Part shown: positions 1-9,030 of the stretch, one piece after another | Position numbering within the stretch: position 1 is the stretch's first letter | Layout of the letters: each line of letters opens with the position of its first letter | IMG/VR virus record: IMGVR_UViG_3300032323_001487 | Span: 1 to 64,000 of that record | Strand: one strand, 5' to 3' | DNA: 64,000 nt | DNA from: a virus | Lineage: Duplodnaviria; Caudoviricetes | The notes under the pieces: model-generated | Database searches by the model: none | What the model saw: the letters and a program-made list of their open reading frames with translations, nothing else | Told to the model about the DNA's origin: nothing | Made by a program: the position numbers and the translations under genes

Positions 1-195
1 ATTTGTCGCTTTGGCAACAGCCATCTCAGCGGCGATGGTTCTGGTGTTAGAAACTAGGTCGTGCTGTAGGGAGCCGTTCTTCTTGCCTTCGGCATAGTTG
101 GGGCGGTCTTCGCTACCGAACTTTTCGAGCCAGAGTTCAGTCGCCATATTCGCGCATCGTCTGATTTCATCTTTTGTCATTTGAACTATAAACAT
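1..195 (-). CDS. Hypothetical phage protein, runs off the left edge of the window
   Basis: Hand translation MFIVQMTKDEIRRCANMATELWLEKFGSEDRPNY... is open to position 1; TAAGAT lies 6 nt before the ATG. Confidence 0.7.
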   Translation of the reverse strand, partial: MFIVQMTKDEIRRCANMATELWLEKFGSEDRPNYAEGKKNGSLQHDLVSNTRTIAAEMAVAKATN

Positions 196-239
196 AGAGC
201 CATCTTACAGCGTCGACGTCCCTAAGGTAAGATAGATAA

Positions 240-800
240 ATGGAAAGCAAAGCAAAAGAGCCATTCAATTTCAGGGACCACGGGTCTTTCGACGTAAGTT
301 CTATAAAAGAACTGGTGCGTAATTTCCAAGAAGAGTGGCGCGTAAACACCGAGCGCCAAGAACTGTATCAAGCACACAAAGAAACTAACTCTTACTTCTT
401 ATATAAAACAAGTTTGGAGTGGCATCCAGACCAAGATTATGTAGTTGCTCAGATAAGCAATAACTCTGAGTTGTTGGGACTGGTTGAGCCAATCGTGTCT
501 CGTTTAGAAGAATTACATAACGGCAAACGTGGACAAGTCCTGCTAATCAAGTTGCCTGCCAATAAAACTATTCCTGAGCACACCGACAAGGGTGCTTACC
601 TAAACCTTTGTAGAAGACACCACATACCAATCATTACTTCTAGGGACACAGACTTCGGGGTGGGGGACGAAGAGTTCTCTATGGCTGAGGGTGAGTGCTG
701 GGAAATAAACAACTCTCGACCGCACTATGTAAACAACTTTTCTAACGTAGACAGAGTCCATTTGCTAGTGGACATAATGCCTAACGCACACATAAAGTAG
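240..800 (+). CDS. Aspartyl/asparaginyl beta-hydroxylase-like 2OG-Fe(II) oxygenase
   Basis: IPEHTD (HxD), WEINNSRPHYVNN and DRVHLLVD match the AspH cupin pattern. Confidence 0.8.
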   Translation: MESKAKEPFNFRDHGSFDVSSIKELVRNFQEEWRVNTERQELYQAHKETNSYFLYKTSLEWHPDQDYVVAQISNNSELLGLVEPIVSRLEELHNGKRGQVLLIKLPANKTIPEHTDKGAYLNLCRRHHIPIITSRDTDFGVGDEEFSMAEGECWEINNSRPHYVNNFSNVDRVHLLVDIMPNAHIK

Positions 801-806
801 TAGCAA

Positions 807-877
807 TCCCTGATGGTGTAATGGCAGCACAGCGACCTTTGGAGTCGTTAGTCTTAGTTCGAATCTAGGTCGGGGAG
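807..877 (+). tRNA. tRNA-Gln(TTG)
   Basis: Acceptor TCCCTGA/TCGGGGA, anticodon arm GCGAC-CTTTGGA-GTCGT, T-loop TTCGAAT; no encoded CCA. Confidence 0.93.
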
Positions 878-889
878 CGAAAGGAAGAA

Positions 890-1090
890 ATGACAGAAAA
901 TAAACTAGCCATCTACAAGAGTTTTAGTTGGCACATAGTACATACCATTATCTTGACAGTGACCGCTTTTATGTTCACTGGTAGGCTAGACATTGTCGCT
1001 GGAATTGTGTCAGTCCACGTAATCTCTGAGACCGTGATTTACTATTTACACGAACGAGCGTGGCAAAGGAAAAGCCGAAAGAAGGACTAA
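890..1090 (+). CDS. Small membrane protein, DUF2061-like
   Basis: KSFSW...YYLHERAW pattern with two hydrophobic segments. Confidence 0.65.
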   Translation: MTENKLAIYKSFSWHIVHTIILTVTAFMFTGRLDIVAGIVSVHVISETVIYYLHERAWQRKSRKKD

Positions 1091-1197
1091 GAGTTGGCAA
1101 AAGTTGGCTATCCGTGTCGTAAGCATCGGATAAGGTTTAGGGGAAGTTATTGCCCTAAGTGCTACAAAGAACGCAGAGACAAGGAACGTGGTATCTA

Positions 1198-1332
1198 ATG
1201 TCAGAAGGATTCGAACGTCTAAGCCCTAGGAAAGCGTATGCCCTTCTTCGTAACATGAATGTCAGTCCGCTGAAATCGACTTGGCTCTCGGTCAGAGGAA
1301 TGAAGCAATACGTAATAAGAACAACCAAATAA
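1198..1332 (+). CDS. Small hypothetical protein (44 aa, below the ORF track cutoff)
   Basis: MSEGFERLSPRKAYALLRNM...; the ATG overlaps an upstream TAA. Confidence 0.4.
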   Translation: MSEGFERLSPRKAYALLRNMNVSPLKSTWLSVRGMKQYVIRTTK

Positions 1333-1333
1333 C

Positions 1334-1406
1334 CCTCCAGTACCCCAATGGCAGAGGGACCCGACTTAAAATCGGCTCAGTGTCAGTTCGAGTCTGACTT
1401 GGAGGA
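1334..1406 (+). tRNA. tRNA-Leu(TAA) with a short variable loop
   Basis: Acceptor CCTCCAG/TTGGAGG, anticodon loop CTTAAAA, T-arm GTCAG-TTCGAGT-CTGAC, discriminator A. Confidence 0.88.
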
Positions 1407-1436
1407 CCGATTACCTAAAGATAGAAAGGTCTAAGT

Positions 1437-2066
1437 ATGGGCAAGTATCCAGTGATAATTGATAACTTCATACCAGAAGACGAAGCGGTTAGATTTGAAA
1501 AGTTCTTATCTAGCATCGCCCAAGACTCTCCTTTTGTAGAAAACTATCGAATTGCGTTGGGCTACCCCAACTCTATCTATGCGTCTAAAGTTGGCTACTC
1601 TGAGCCTGTAATACAAGGCTACGAAAATACAGAGAACGAGCAGGTAGTAAAAGACTTAGGGGATGTGCTTTTGTCGGTAAAAGAAATGCTAGAGGCAGAT
1701 TTTCTAGAGGAAATGGGCACAGTCCAGTATTCTTACCATCAGATGCTGGAGGGCGCTAGAAATAGGTTGCACTCGGACAGCACAAAACTAGACGGCAGTC
1801 CGCTGAATGAAGACGGAACTCCCGAAGAAGTGGAGTGGTCTGCTTTACTATACCTAACTTCTTACGAAGAAGATTTTAGTGGTGGTGAAATAGAGTTTCC
1901 CAATCAGGGTCTAGTTCATAAACCAATGAAGGGCCAGTTAATGTTTTTCAAAGGAGACGTAAACTACCCTCACAAAGTTCATACTGTAACTGGGGGACTA
2001 AGAAGCGCTTTGGTCTTTTTCTTTGGACGTCGTGGTAATACGTCTGAGGCTAGGAATTTTGGCTAA
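1437..2066 (+). CDS. 2OG-Fe(II) oxygenase (prolyl-4-hydroxylase-like)
   Basis: HSD...SALLYL..DFSGGEIEF...HKV..VTGGLR motifs. Confidence 0.85.
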   Translation: MGKYPVIIDNFIPEDEAVRFEKFLSSIAQDSPFVENYRIALGYPNSIYASKVGYSEPVIQGYENTENEQVVKDLGDVLLSVKEMLEADFLEEMGTVQYSYHQMLEGARNRLHSDSTKLDGSPLNEDGTPEEVEWSALLYLTSYEEDFSGGEIEFPNQGLVHKPMKGQLMFFKGDVNYPHKVHTVTGGLRSALVFFFGRRGNTSEARNFG

Positions 2067-2077
2067 GTAATCAAATA

Positions 2078-2150
2078 CCCCGCGTAACTCAGTGGATAGA
2101 GTGAGACCCTTCTAATGTCTAAGTCGCAAGTTCGATTCTTGCCGCGGGGG
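2078..2150 (+). tRNA. tRNA-Arg(TCT)
   Basis: Acceptor CCCCGCG/CGCGGGG, D-arm ACTC/GAGT, anticodon loop CTTCTAA, T-arm GCAAG-TTCGATT-CTTGC. Confidence 0.92.
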
Positions 2151-2165
2151 CTATAGAATAAAACA

Positions 2166-3464
2166 ATGAGCAAATACATGAAGACGGAGCAGGCGGTTGT
2201 GTATCACGGCAACTGCCTAGATGAACTAAAAAACATCCCAGACAATTACGTAGATGCCATCGTCACCGACCCTCCTTACGGACTTGGCGACTCCGACCCT
2301 GCCTACATCCTTGACGCTTTGAAGATGTGGATGGATGGCGACCGCTCGCACATTCCTGCTGGTAAGGGCTTTATGGGAAAGCAGTGGGACGCTTTTGTTC
2401 CACCGCCTGCTGTCTGGGACGAGTGCTTTCGCGTTCTAAAGCCTGGTGGATACATTCTGGTTTTTGCGGGAACTAGAACCGTGGACCTTATGGGTCTTTC
2501 AGTTCGTATGGCTGGCTTTGAAATTCGTGACTCGCTAACTTGGATTTATTCACAAGGCTTCCCTAAATCGCTCGACGTCCAGAAGGCGATAGAAAAAATA
2601 GACGCGCCTGAAGCCAGCAAGTGGGAAGGTTGGGGGACTGCGCTAAAGCCAGCATCTGAGCCAATCGTTATGGCGCGAAAGCCTTTGAGTGAAAAGACCG
2701 TAGCAAAAAACGTGTTGGAGTGGGGCACTGGTGGAATCAACATTGACGGTATTCGCATCGGTGTAGCAGAAGGTGACGAGCCTGTTGCTGGACATCGCAC
2801 CGCGACATTCGGCACGCAAGAAACTCTTTCTGGTGGAGACGGCTCTGGAGATTGGGCTTGGTCAGGTAAAGGTCGCTTTCCATCAAACGTAATGTTTAGC
2901 CACGACGAAGAGTGCGTCCAAGTGGGTGTGGCACAAGACTCTTACGTAATAAATAGAACTGAAGAGTGGACTGGCTTCGGTCAGAAAGAGCGCCCAGACT
3001 ACGAAAGCGAACCGCAAACTGTCGACGTCCCTATTTATGAGTGTGTAGAAGGATGCCCCGTAAAAGAACTTGGAGACGTTAGTCGATTTTTCTATGTTGC
3101 CAAGGCAAACAAGAAAGACCGAAACGAAGGTCTAGATGGGTTTGCTGAAAAGGGGAAAGTCTTCAACGGAAAATCTGGAACGAGTGCTGGTAATGCGCCG
3201 GGTTCTGTGGAGGACAAGTTCACCACTGCTCCGCAAAAGAACTTTCACCCGACCGTGAAGCCGACGTCCCTAATGAGACAGTTAGTAAAGATGGTCGCGC
3301 CTGAAAACGCTATTGTGCTAGACCCGTTTGCTGGGTCAGGCTCTACTGGTAAGGCTTCGATTCTTGAGGGTCGCAGATTCATTGGAATTGAGATGACAGA
3401 CGAGTATCTGCCAATCATTCAAGGTAGACTCGAACACGCAATCAGAGAAAGAAAAGAAAAATGA
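2166..3464 (+). CDS. DNA amino-methyltransferase (N6-A/N4-C, beta class)
   Basis: Catalytic DPPY near the N-terminus; HPTVKP and SAM-binding LDPFAGSGST near the C-terminus. Confidence 0.92.
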   Translation: MSKYMKTEQAVVYHGNCLDELKNIPDNYVDAIVTDPPYGLGDSDPAYILDALKMWMDGDRSHIPAGKGFMGKQWDAFVPPPAVWDECFRVLKPGGYILVFAGTRTVDLMGLSVRMAGFEIRDSLTWIYSQGFPKSLDVQKAIEKIDAPEASKWEGWGTALKPASEPIVMARKPLSEKTVAKNVLEWGTGGINIDGIRIGVAEGDEPVAGHRTATFGTQETLSGGDGSGDWAWSGKGRFPSNVMFSHDEECVQVGVAQDSYVINRTEEWTGFGQKERPDYESEPQTVDVPIYECVEGCPVKELGDVSRFFYVAKANKKDRNEGLDGFAEKGKVFNGKSGTSAGNAPGSVEDKFTTAPQKNFHPTVKPTSLMRQLVKMVAPENAIVLDPFAGSGSTGKASILEGRRFIGIEMTDEYLPIIQGRLEHAIRERKEK

Positions 3465-3910
3465 TGATAGTTAGTTACTACGCTGACGACCAAAATCGGA
3501 TGCCTGCCTACGGCACTAACGAATCTGCTGGCGCTGATATCAAGGCGTCAGAAAGCGTGATGATTCGCGCAGGTGAACGTAAGTTAGTGAAGACTGGTCT
3601 GAAACTAGTTATGCCAAAAGGCGTAGTCGGACTAATTCATCCTCGCTCTGGACTGGCACTAAGGCACGGAATCACCGTGCTAAATACACCGGGAACTATT
3701 GACTCGGACTATCGCGGAGAAATTGGCGTAATTCTTTACAACTCTTCTACAGAAGATTACGTAGTTGAGCAAGGAGACCGCATCGCGCAAATCGTTTTCC
3801 AGAGATACATCAACATCCAATTCGAATACGGTGGCGTCGACATCCCTAAGGAAGACGAAACCGAACGAGGCGAAGGTGGATTTGGGTCCACAGGAGTTGG
3901 TGGAGAGTAG
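3461..3910 (+). CDS. dut: dUTPase (trimeric)
   Basis: AGADI, PRSGLA, GTIDSDYRGE, RIAQ and RGEGGFGSTG motifs. Confidence 0.97.
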   Translation: MMIVSYYADDQNRMPAYGTNESAGADIKASESVMIRAGERKLVKTGLKLVMPKGVVGLIHPRSGLALRHGITVLNTPGTIDSDYRGEIGVILYNSSTEDYVVEQGDRIAQIVFQRYINIQFEYGGVDIPKEDETERGEGGFGSTGVGGE

Positions 3911-4608
3911 TGACCGCTTTGTATTTTAGAAGCGACGTAACCGTAAAGTTGGTTCAGGCTATGGCGTCTGACGAGGCAGTAACTATGTCTGCTCGTGTGT
4001 CCACAGGTGCTACTCATACTTCCCCAGAAAAAGATGCTGGGCTAATCAATTACTTGATGCGCGACCGTCACGGTTCGCCATTCGAGCACAACGCTTTTAC
4101 GTTCTACATCGAAGCGCCTATCTTCGTGTTCCGCGAGTTTATGCGTCACAGGATTGCTTCCTATAATGAAGAGTCGGGTCGCTACAAGGAACTAGAGCCT
4201 GTGTTCTATGTTCCAGCGCCTGAACGTAAGTTGATTCAAGTTGGCAAAGTTGGTGCCTACGAATTTGTAGAAGGCAGTAACGAACAGTTTGTAGTGACTA
4301 GCGATTCTATAAAAGACTCTTGCGTATTCGCTTATGAAAAATACACGGATATGCTAAACGCTGGAGTTGCTCGAGAAGTCGCGCGAGCCGTCTTGCCAGT
4401 AAATACTTATAGCAGTATGTTTGTGACAATGAACGCACGCTCCCTGATGAACTTCTTATCCCTGAGAACCGCTAGGGAAGGCACCCAGTTTCCTTCATTT
4501 CCACAGCGGGAAATTGAGATGGTTGCCGAGAAGATGGAAGAGTTCTTCGCAGAGAAGATGCCAATAACTTATGCAACATTTAACAAGAACGGACGGGTAG
4601 CCCCATAA
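3910..4608 (+). CDS. thyX: FAD-dependent thymidylate synthase
   Basis: HGSPFEH and RHRIASYNEESGRY (RHR-x7-S-x-R signature), EVARAVLP. Confidence 0.96.
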   Translation: MTALYFRSDVTVKLVQAMASDEAVTMSARVSTGATHTSPEKDAGLINYLMRDRHGSPFEHNAFTFYIEAPIFVFREFMRHRIASYNEESGRYKELEPVFYVPAPERKLIQVGKVGAYEFVEGSNEQFVVTSDSIKDSCVFAYEKYTDMLNAGVAREVARAVLPVNTYSSMFVTMNARSLMNFLSLRTAREGTQFPSFPQREIEMVAEKMEEFFAEKMPITYATFNKNGRVAP

Positions 4609-4922
4609 TGGCAATTCCAGATATTGATTTCACTTTGGCTGACGTAGAAATTGAGGCTGTTGCTTTTGACGAGAAAGACGAAGTAATCGTCGACAAGATT
4701 GGCAAGGCTGTTCGTCAGGCTGTGAAAGCCAGAGAAGACGTACAGAACGCTTTGGCTGAGGCAATTGATAGTTCGTCGACGTTCGGGTATGAACTAGGAG
4801 TGCTAGACGAGCGACACAGAGTGCTAGAACTTATGAGACCAGCGTTGTGTGACGAAGAAAATTGTGAAAAAGAAGTTTGTAAGCAATACTTATCCGTATA
4901 CAGAAAGGTAGAAAATGGCTAA
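4608..4922 (+). CDS. Hypothetical protein
   Basis: Translationally coupled to thyX (TAATG). Confidence 0.7.
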   Translation: MAIPDIDFTLADVEIEAVAFDEKDEVIVDKIGKAVRQAVKAREDVQNALAEAIDSSSTFGYELGVLDERHRVLELMRPALCDEENCEKEVCKQYLSVYRKVENG

Positions 4923-5049
4923 AGGTAAAGGTGGAGGCGGAGCGCCTGCTAAAAAGGGTGGTAATGACGACCGCAAGAACGGCAAGGCATCCAAGAAGCG
5001 CCCAAAGATTTTCGACGCAGTTAAGCGTCGTCTGGTAACTAACAAGTAA
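4915..5049 (+). CDS. Small basic Lys/Gly-rich protein (44 aa)
   Basis: MAKGKGGGGAPAKKGGNDDRKNGKASKKRPKIFDAVKRRLVTNK with SD GAAAGG. Confidence 0.65.
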   Translation: MAKGKGGGGAPAKKGGNDDRKNGKASKKRPKIFDAVKRRLVTNK

Positions 5050-5090
5050 ATGAGCCACTCGCCTAGCCATTCAGACAAGGGAGAGAACAA

Positions 5091-5261
5091 ATGAGATTTA
5101 TCCGTTGGTGGAAAAAACTTTGGCGACCTATGACCTACGCCGAGATGACTATGAGGATTGGTACTGTAAGCCATAACCAGCAGGTCACTCAGGACGAATA
5201 CATTGGTCCAGACAGCAGCACAGAACGTTCTATTGACCGTATCAAGGAAGAGAACAAGTGA
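5091..5261 (+). CDS. Small hypothetical protein (56 aa)
   Basis: MRFIRWWKKLWRP...; SD GGGAG; stop overlaps the next GTG. Confidence 0.55.
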   Translation: MRFIRWWKKLWRPMTYAEMTMRIGTVSHNQQVTQDEYIGPDSSTERSIDRIKEENK

Positions 5262-5656
5262 GCGAGAGTCTAGAGCCACACGCTTCTGTAGAAGAACTCA
5301 AGGGAGCGGAACAGATTGGTGCCTATAGACAACAACAGCGCATTATCAAATTGCTAGAAAAGAAAGGGATGTTCGACGCTGTTGACCTGATAAAGCAGAA
5401 GCCTGTTATAGTAGACGACCCTGACCCTAACATCAAAAAGGCTACGGAACGTATGTCTTTTGACATAGATGAAGCCACCGAACTGGTCGTCAACCTATTC
5501 ATCCAAGAGGGAAAAATCCAAGAACGCGAACGTATCGCTGATTGGGTAAATGCTCATAGGACTGAAGTTGTTGAAGGTGTTTGGCGCGACCACTTCAATT
5601 CCGAGTATTTACTAAAAAATGTAATTTCTCTGCCAGCAGTAGAGAGTGAAGATTAG
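5258..5656 (+). CDS. Hypothetical protein
   Basis: Coupled ORF within the operon. Confidence 0.7.
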   Translation: MSESLEPHASVEELKGAEQIGAYRQQQRIIKLLEKKGMFDAVDLIKQKPVIVDDPDPNIKKATERMSFDIDEATELVVNLFIQEGKIQERERIADWVNAHRTEVVEGVWRDHFNSEYLLKNVISLPAVESED

Positions 5657-6096
5657 TGCGCGAAAACAAAAGAAAACTATTTCACTTAGAGATAATCGAC
5701 ACCGACGGTGACCGATTCGTGGAGTGGGAGTGGGCAGACTCTAAGGAAGAAATCTTAGACCGCGACGAAATGGGATATGAGATTGCTCGCATTGAAGTAA
5801 GAGTCGCCACTGAAGACGAGACAGACGCTTGGCTAGAAGGACACAACGAAGCGTTGATGGTCAGTATGGCTGAAGAAAGATTGGCTAATTGGAACGGTGT
5901 CGCTTACAAGGTTGAGTCATTTATGCCAATGGTTTCTAAAGAAGTATTTACCTGTGGTGTCTGTGAGAAATCTTTGGACATCGAAACTAAGGCTGCTACC
6001 CTTGGCAACTTCTATCTAAGCGTCAGAACCCCAAGGGACAACCAAGCAAACAAAACCATCCTGTGGCACGTTTGTATTGACTGCTCTATCGAATAG
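5656..6096 (+). CDS. Hypothetical protein with a possible Zn ribbon
   Basis: CGVC...CIDC; coupled start. Confidence 0.7.
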   Translation: MRENKRKLFHLEIIDTDGDRFVEWEWADSKEEILDRDEMGYEIARIEVRVATEDETDAWLEGHNEALMVSMAEERLANWNGVAYKVESFMPMVSKEVFTCGVCEKSLDIETKAATLGNFYLSVRTPRDNQANKTILWHVCIDCSIE

Positions 6097-6104
6097 GAAA
6101 ACAA

Positions 6105-6998
6105 TTGAAGATTTACATCGCTGGACCTATGACTGGCTACGACCAGTGGAACTTTCCTGCTTTCTTTAAGTTAGAAGAGTCGTTACTTAAACTTGGCTAT
6201 CGAGTAGTAAATCCAGCACACAATGACGGACCAACTTTGGAGTTAGCACTCGAGTCCGCTGGCGAACCAGAAAGACCGAACAATAGTTGGAACTGGTATA
6301 TGAAGCGCGACTTGCCATACTTACTTGAGTGTGACGCTGTGTGTGTTCTACCTAACTGGCAAAAATCAAAAGGCGCTTCTTTGGAGGTCCAAGTTGCCAA
6401 CGCGATTGGTGTTCCAGTTTATGTATTAGAAGACAACAAACTAGTTCCTCGCGTAAGAGCATTAGGCATAAGTGGGTGGGCTAGGTCTGGCAAAGATTCG
6501 GTTGCTGAATACTTGATAGAGACCCAAGGCTATGAAAAAGCGTCTTTTGCCCAAGCCATAAAAGATGCTCTAATTATTCTGAACCCTGTAATCGACGTAC
6601 ACGAAACCCGCACCGCGCTAAGTTCGTCTCTTGGGCATCTCGGTTGGGACTACCTAAAAAGCGCCAGCACTGAAATTCGACCACTGCTACAACGCTTTGG
6701 AACCGAGGTTGGCAGGGAGATGTTTGGGGACGACTTCTGGGTTGACTACGCAATAAAGCACGTTCCAGACGGTTCTAAAGTCGTTTTCTCCGACGTCCGA
6801 TACCCGAACGAGGCTGATGCCATTAGGAAACTAGGCGGTCAAATCTGGCGTGTAGAGCGGGAGGGATACGGACCAGCAAATGACCACGCCTCTGAGCACG
6901 CTTTGAACGGATATGACTTTGACCAGAGAATCTATAATGATAAAGACCTAGAAAGTCTCTGGGACAAAGTTGGAGTGCTCTGCGGTGAACTGCCCTAA
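6105..6998 (+). CDS. Fusion of a DUF4406 (deoxyribosyltransferase-like) domain and a deoxynucleoside monophosphate kinase
   Basis: N-terminal KIYIAGPMTG...NPA...CDAV..LPNWQKSKGASLE; C-terminal P-loop GWARSGKD, RPLLQRFGTEVGR, SDVRYPNE, HASE. Confidence 0.85.
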   Translation: MKIYIAGPMTGYDQWNFPAFFKLEESLLKLGYRVVNPAHNDGPTLELALESAGEPERPNNSWNWYMKRDLPYLLECDAVCVLPNWQKSKGASLEVQVANAIGVPVYVLEDNKLVPRVRALGISGWARSGKDSVAEYLIETQGYEKASFAQAIKDALIILNPVIDVHETRTALSSSLGHLGWDYLKSASTEIRPLLQRFGTEVGREMFGDDFWVDYAIKHVPDGSKVVFSDVRYPNEADAIRKLGGQIWRVEREGYGPANDHASEHALNGYDFDQRIYNDKDLESLWDKVGVLCGELP

Positions 6999-7335
6999 AA
7001 GTGTGAAAATTGGCACCCACGTCTTTGACGTAGTCGAAAGGCTCAAGGAAGAAGACGGGATGCTAAATGACTCCACTTTGGGCTACACCCTTGAAGCAAA
7101 AACTCTTATAGTAATCGACAAAGGATTGTCGGACAGTAAAAAGCGCCAAACCTTACTTCACGAAATTATGCACGCCTGTGTCTACGTATTTGATACGAGC
7201 GTAAAGCCAAAAAAGACGGACGAGTTTGATGTTTGGGAACATTATTTCATTGGGATTTGGGAAGAGCCACTACTAATGGTGATGCAGGACAACCCAAAAT
7301 TAGTTGAATTTCTTTTAGGAAAAACTCCAAAATAG
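6985..7335 (+). CDS. HExxH metallopeptidase-like protein
   Basis: TLLHEIMHA; start codon uncertain (6970 or 6985). Confidence 0.65.
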   Translation: MNCPKSVKIGTHVFDVVERLKEEDGMLNDSTLGYTLEAKTLIVIDKGLSDSKKRQTLLHEIMHACVYVFDTSVKPKKTDEFDVWEHYFIGIWEEPLLMVMQDNPKLVEFLLGKTPK

Positions 7336-7370
7336 TTTGCGATTTTGTTGACTCGTGGTAATCTATACAA

Positions 7371-7484
7371 GCAGTCAAAGGTTCCTTGGGTTATCGTAGA
7401 TTGTGTTGTTGTACATAGTTATTCATCTCCTTTCAATCAATTGAGTAACGGAAAAGCCTCCACGAAAGTGGGGGCTTTTCTTTT
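7371..7484 (+). ncRNA. Candidate small RNA with an anti-SD tract (or a minus-strand micropeptide locus)
   Basis: Extended -10 TGGTAATCT at 7356-7364, no + strand ORF, tract CATAGTTATTCATCTCCTTTC, ends in a strong terminator. Confidence 0.45.
7451..7484 (+). terminator. Intrinsic terminator
   Basis: GAAAAGCCTCCAC-GAAA-GTGGGGGCTTTTC-TTTT. Confidence 0.85.
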
Positions 7485-7516
7485 ATCAGTTTCTGGAGAT
7501 AATTTATAATAGACGT

Positions 7517-7735
7517 ATGGGTGACGCTTTCGATTCTCAAGACATCAATATGGACTTGCTAGGCAAGCGCGTGACTTTACACTCCCCTTACTTTCCATCT
7601 AGTCAGCCACGCGTTTCTGGTGAAGTGAAGTATGTGGAGCAAGCAAAAGTTCCAGTAAAGATTGTTGTTCAAGAAGACAACAACAAAATGATTATGGTGA
7701 ACGTGGCTCAGTATCGAGTGAAAGAAATCGACTAA
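7517..7735 (+). CDS. Hypothetical protein, probably leaderless
   Basis: TATAAT 6 nt upstream of the ATG. Confidence 0.65.
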   Translation: MGDAFDSQDINMDLLGKRVTLHSPYFPSSQPRVSGEVKYVEQAKVPVKIVVQEDNNKMIMVNVAQYRVKEID

Positions 7736-9030
7736 ACGATTGGTCCGCCAGCAGCCCAAGCATTGCAAGTTCTTGATGCGGCGCACTTGAAGTCCAGTGC
7801 TTCACAGAAACCTAACTCTGCTTGGTCGATAGCATCCCAAGCGTTCTTCTCGCCTGAATCGCCTTGCTGAATTCCGCTAGAAATGCAGTCAAGCATTTCT
7901 GGAGTGCGAACAAAGAACACGCAGTTCCCACAGATGCTCTTGCTTGCCTCGACTGGGGTAGTGTCCCAACGGTCAGCCTTCTCTTGCCAAAACTCTGTGT
8001 TTGGTTCGTCAGGGTTTAGTGGACCGTAGCCAACATTGTCGATAGCGTTCTGTCTGTTTTCAATGTTTAGAACGATGTCTTGAGTTGCTGGTGGACAAGA
8101 GTTGTCGTCTAAAGCAAAAACCATCGACGCCAGTAGGGGAGACATAGTAGATGCCTCTGAGTGCCTAGGGTGCATCTTAGGGAGAAGGTCGTTGTCCTGA
8201 ACATACTTAGGGTTGTTAGGTTTACCTGAGCGCACCAACTTTAGAAAAGCATTGACGCGAGCCATTGCCCAAGAGTTGCGGTTCTGGTCTGGACGGTGTG
8301 AAGTTGAAAACGCACCTGCGCCACGGCGGTAGACAGCCTTTAGTTTTGCTAGCGTGACCTTGCGACCATTCTTTGCCTTCTCGTTGTGGTCAGCAACCTT
8401 CTTCTCCAAAGACTTAGTAATGGCTGCGGTAAAAGTAACACTCTTGCCATCCGAGGCAGAGCCTTTCTTGTTCTTGTCTGAGCCTTTAATTTGGTCTTTC
8501 TTAGGGGCAGGCTTAGAGCCAGCGGTGGCAGTTACAGACGCTTCATTGTCTGGTACGCAGTTGGGAACCATTTTTCCATTCTTTTCTTTCATACCAACTT
8601 GCTTGTAGCCGTCCCAGCAGGGACCGTCGGCTGAAAACTCCATGTCCTCTGAATTAATTGCTACTGGCTTGGGCATAAGTAGGTCTTGCTTGGGTGCTGG
8701 CTTTGAGCCAATTTTCAATAAAACTCTGTGCTCTCCAGCGCTCTTTCCTTCTGGTGACTTGCTTGGGTCAACAACACCTTCTGGTAGAACTGCAAAACGA
8801 CAATAGCCATCTGGGTGGACAGCATACGCAATAACCGCGCACTCTTGGCCTCCACGATATAGAACGCAGTTGCCACACTTCACGCCCATCTCGGCGTAGG
8901 GGTTGTCTTCTGGTTCGTGATAGTCAGCCCAGATGCCTGTCTGGTCTTCATTAAACTTGCCGTACTTGTCGGCAATAGTAATTAGCGCTTCGGCTAATTC
9001 TTTTTCTTCAGGAACCAGATTGTCAGCCAT
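7732..9030 (-). CDS. Modular Cys-rich phage protein
   Basis: Two CGNC...C modules, a PCWDGYKQVGMK...VPNCVP module and a basic VYRRGAGAF...WAMARVNAFL module. Confidence 0.75.
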   Translation of the reverse strand: MADNLVPEEKELAEALITIADKYGKFNEDQTGIWADYHEPEDNPYAEMGVKCGNCVLYRGGQECAVIAYAVHPDGYCRFAVLPEGVVDPSKSPEGKSAGEHRVLLKIGSKPAPKQDLLMPKPVAINSEDMEFSADGPCWDGYKQVGMKEKNGKMVPNCVPDNEASVTATAGSKPAPKKDQIKGSDKNKKGSASDGKSVTFTAAITKSLEKKVADHNEKAKNGRKVTLAKLKAVYRRGAGAFSTSHRPDQNRNSWAMARVNAFLKLVRSGKPNNPKYVQDNDLLPKMHPRHSEASTMSPLLASMVFALDDNSCPPATQDIVLNIENRQNAIDNVGYGPLNPDEPNTEFWQEKADRWDTTPVEASKSICGNCVFFVRTPEMLDCISSGIQQGDSGEKNAWDAIDQAELGFCEALDFKCAASRTCNAWAAGGPIV

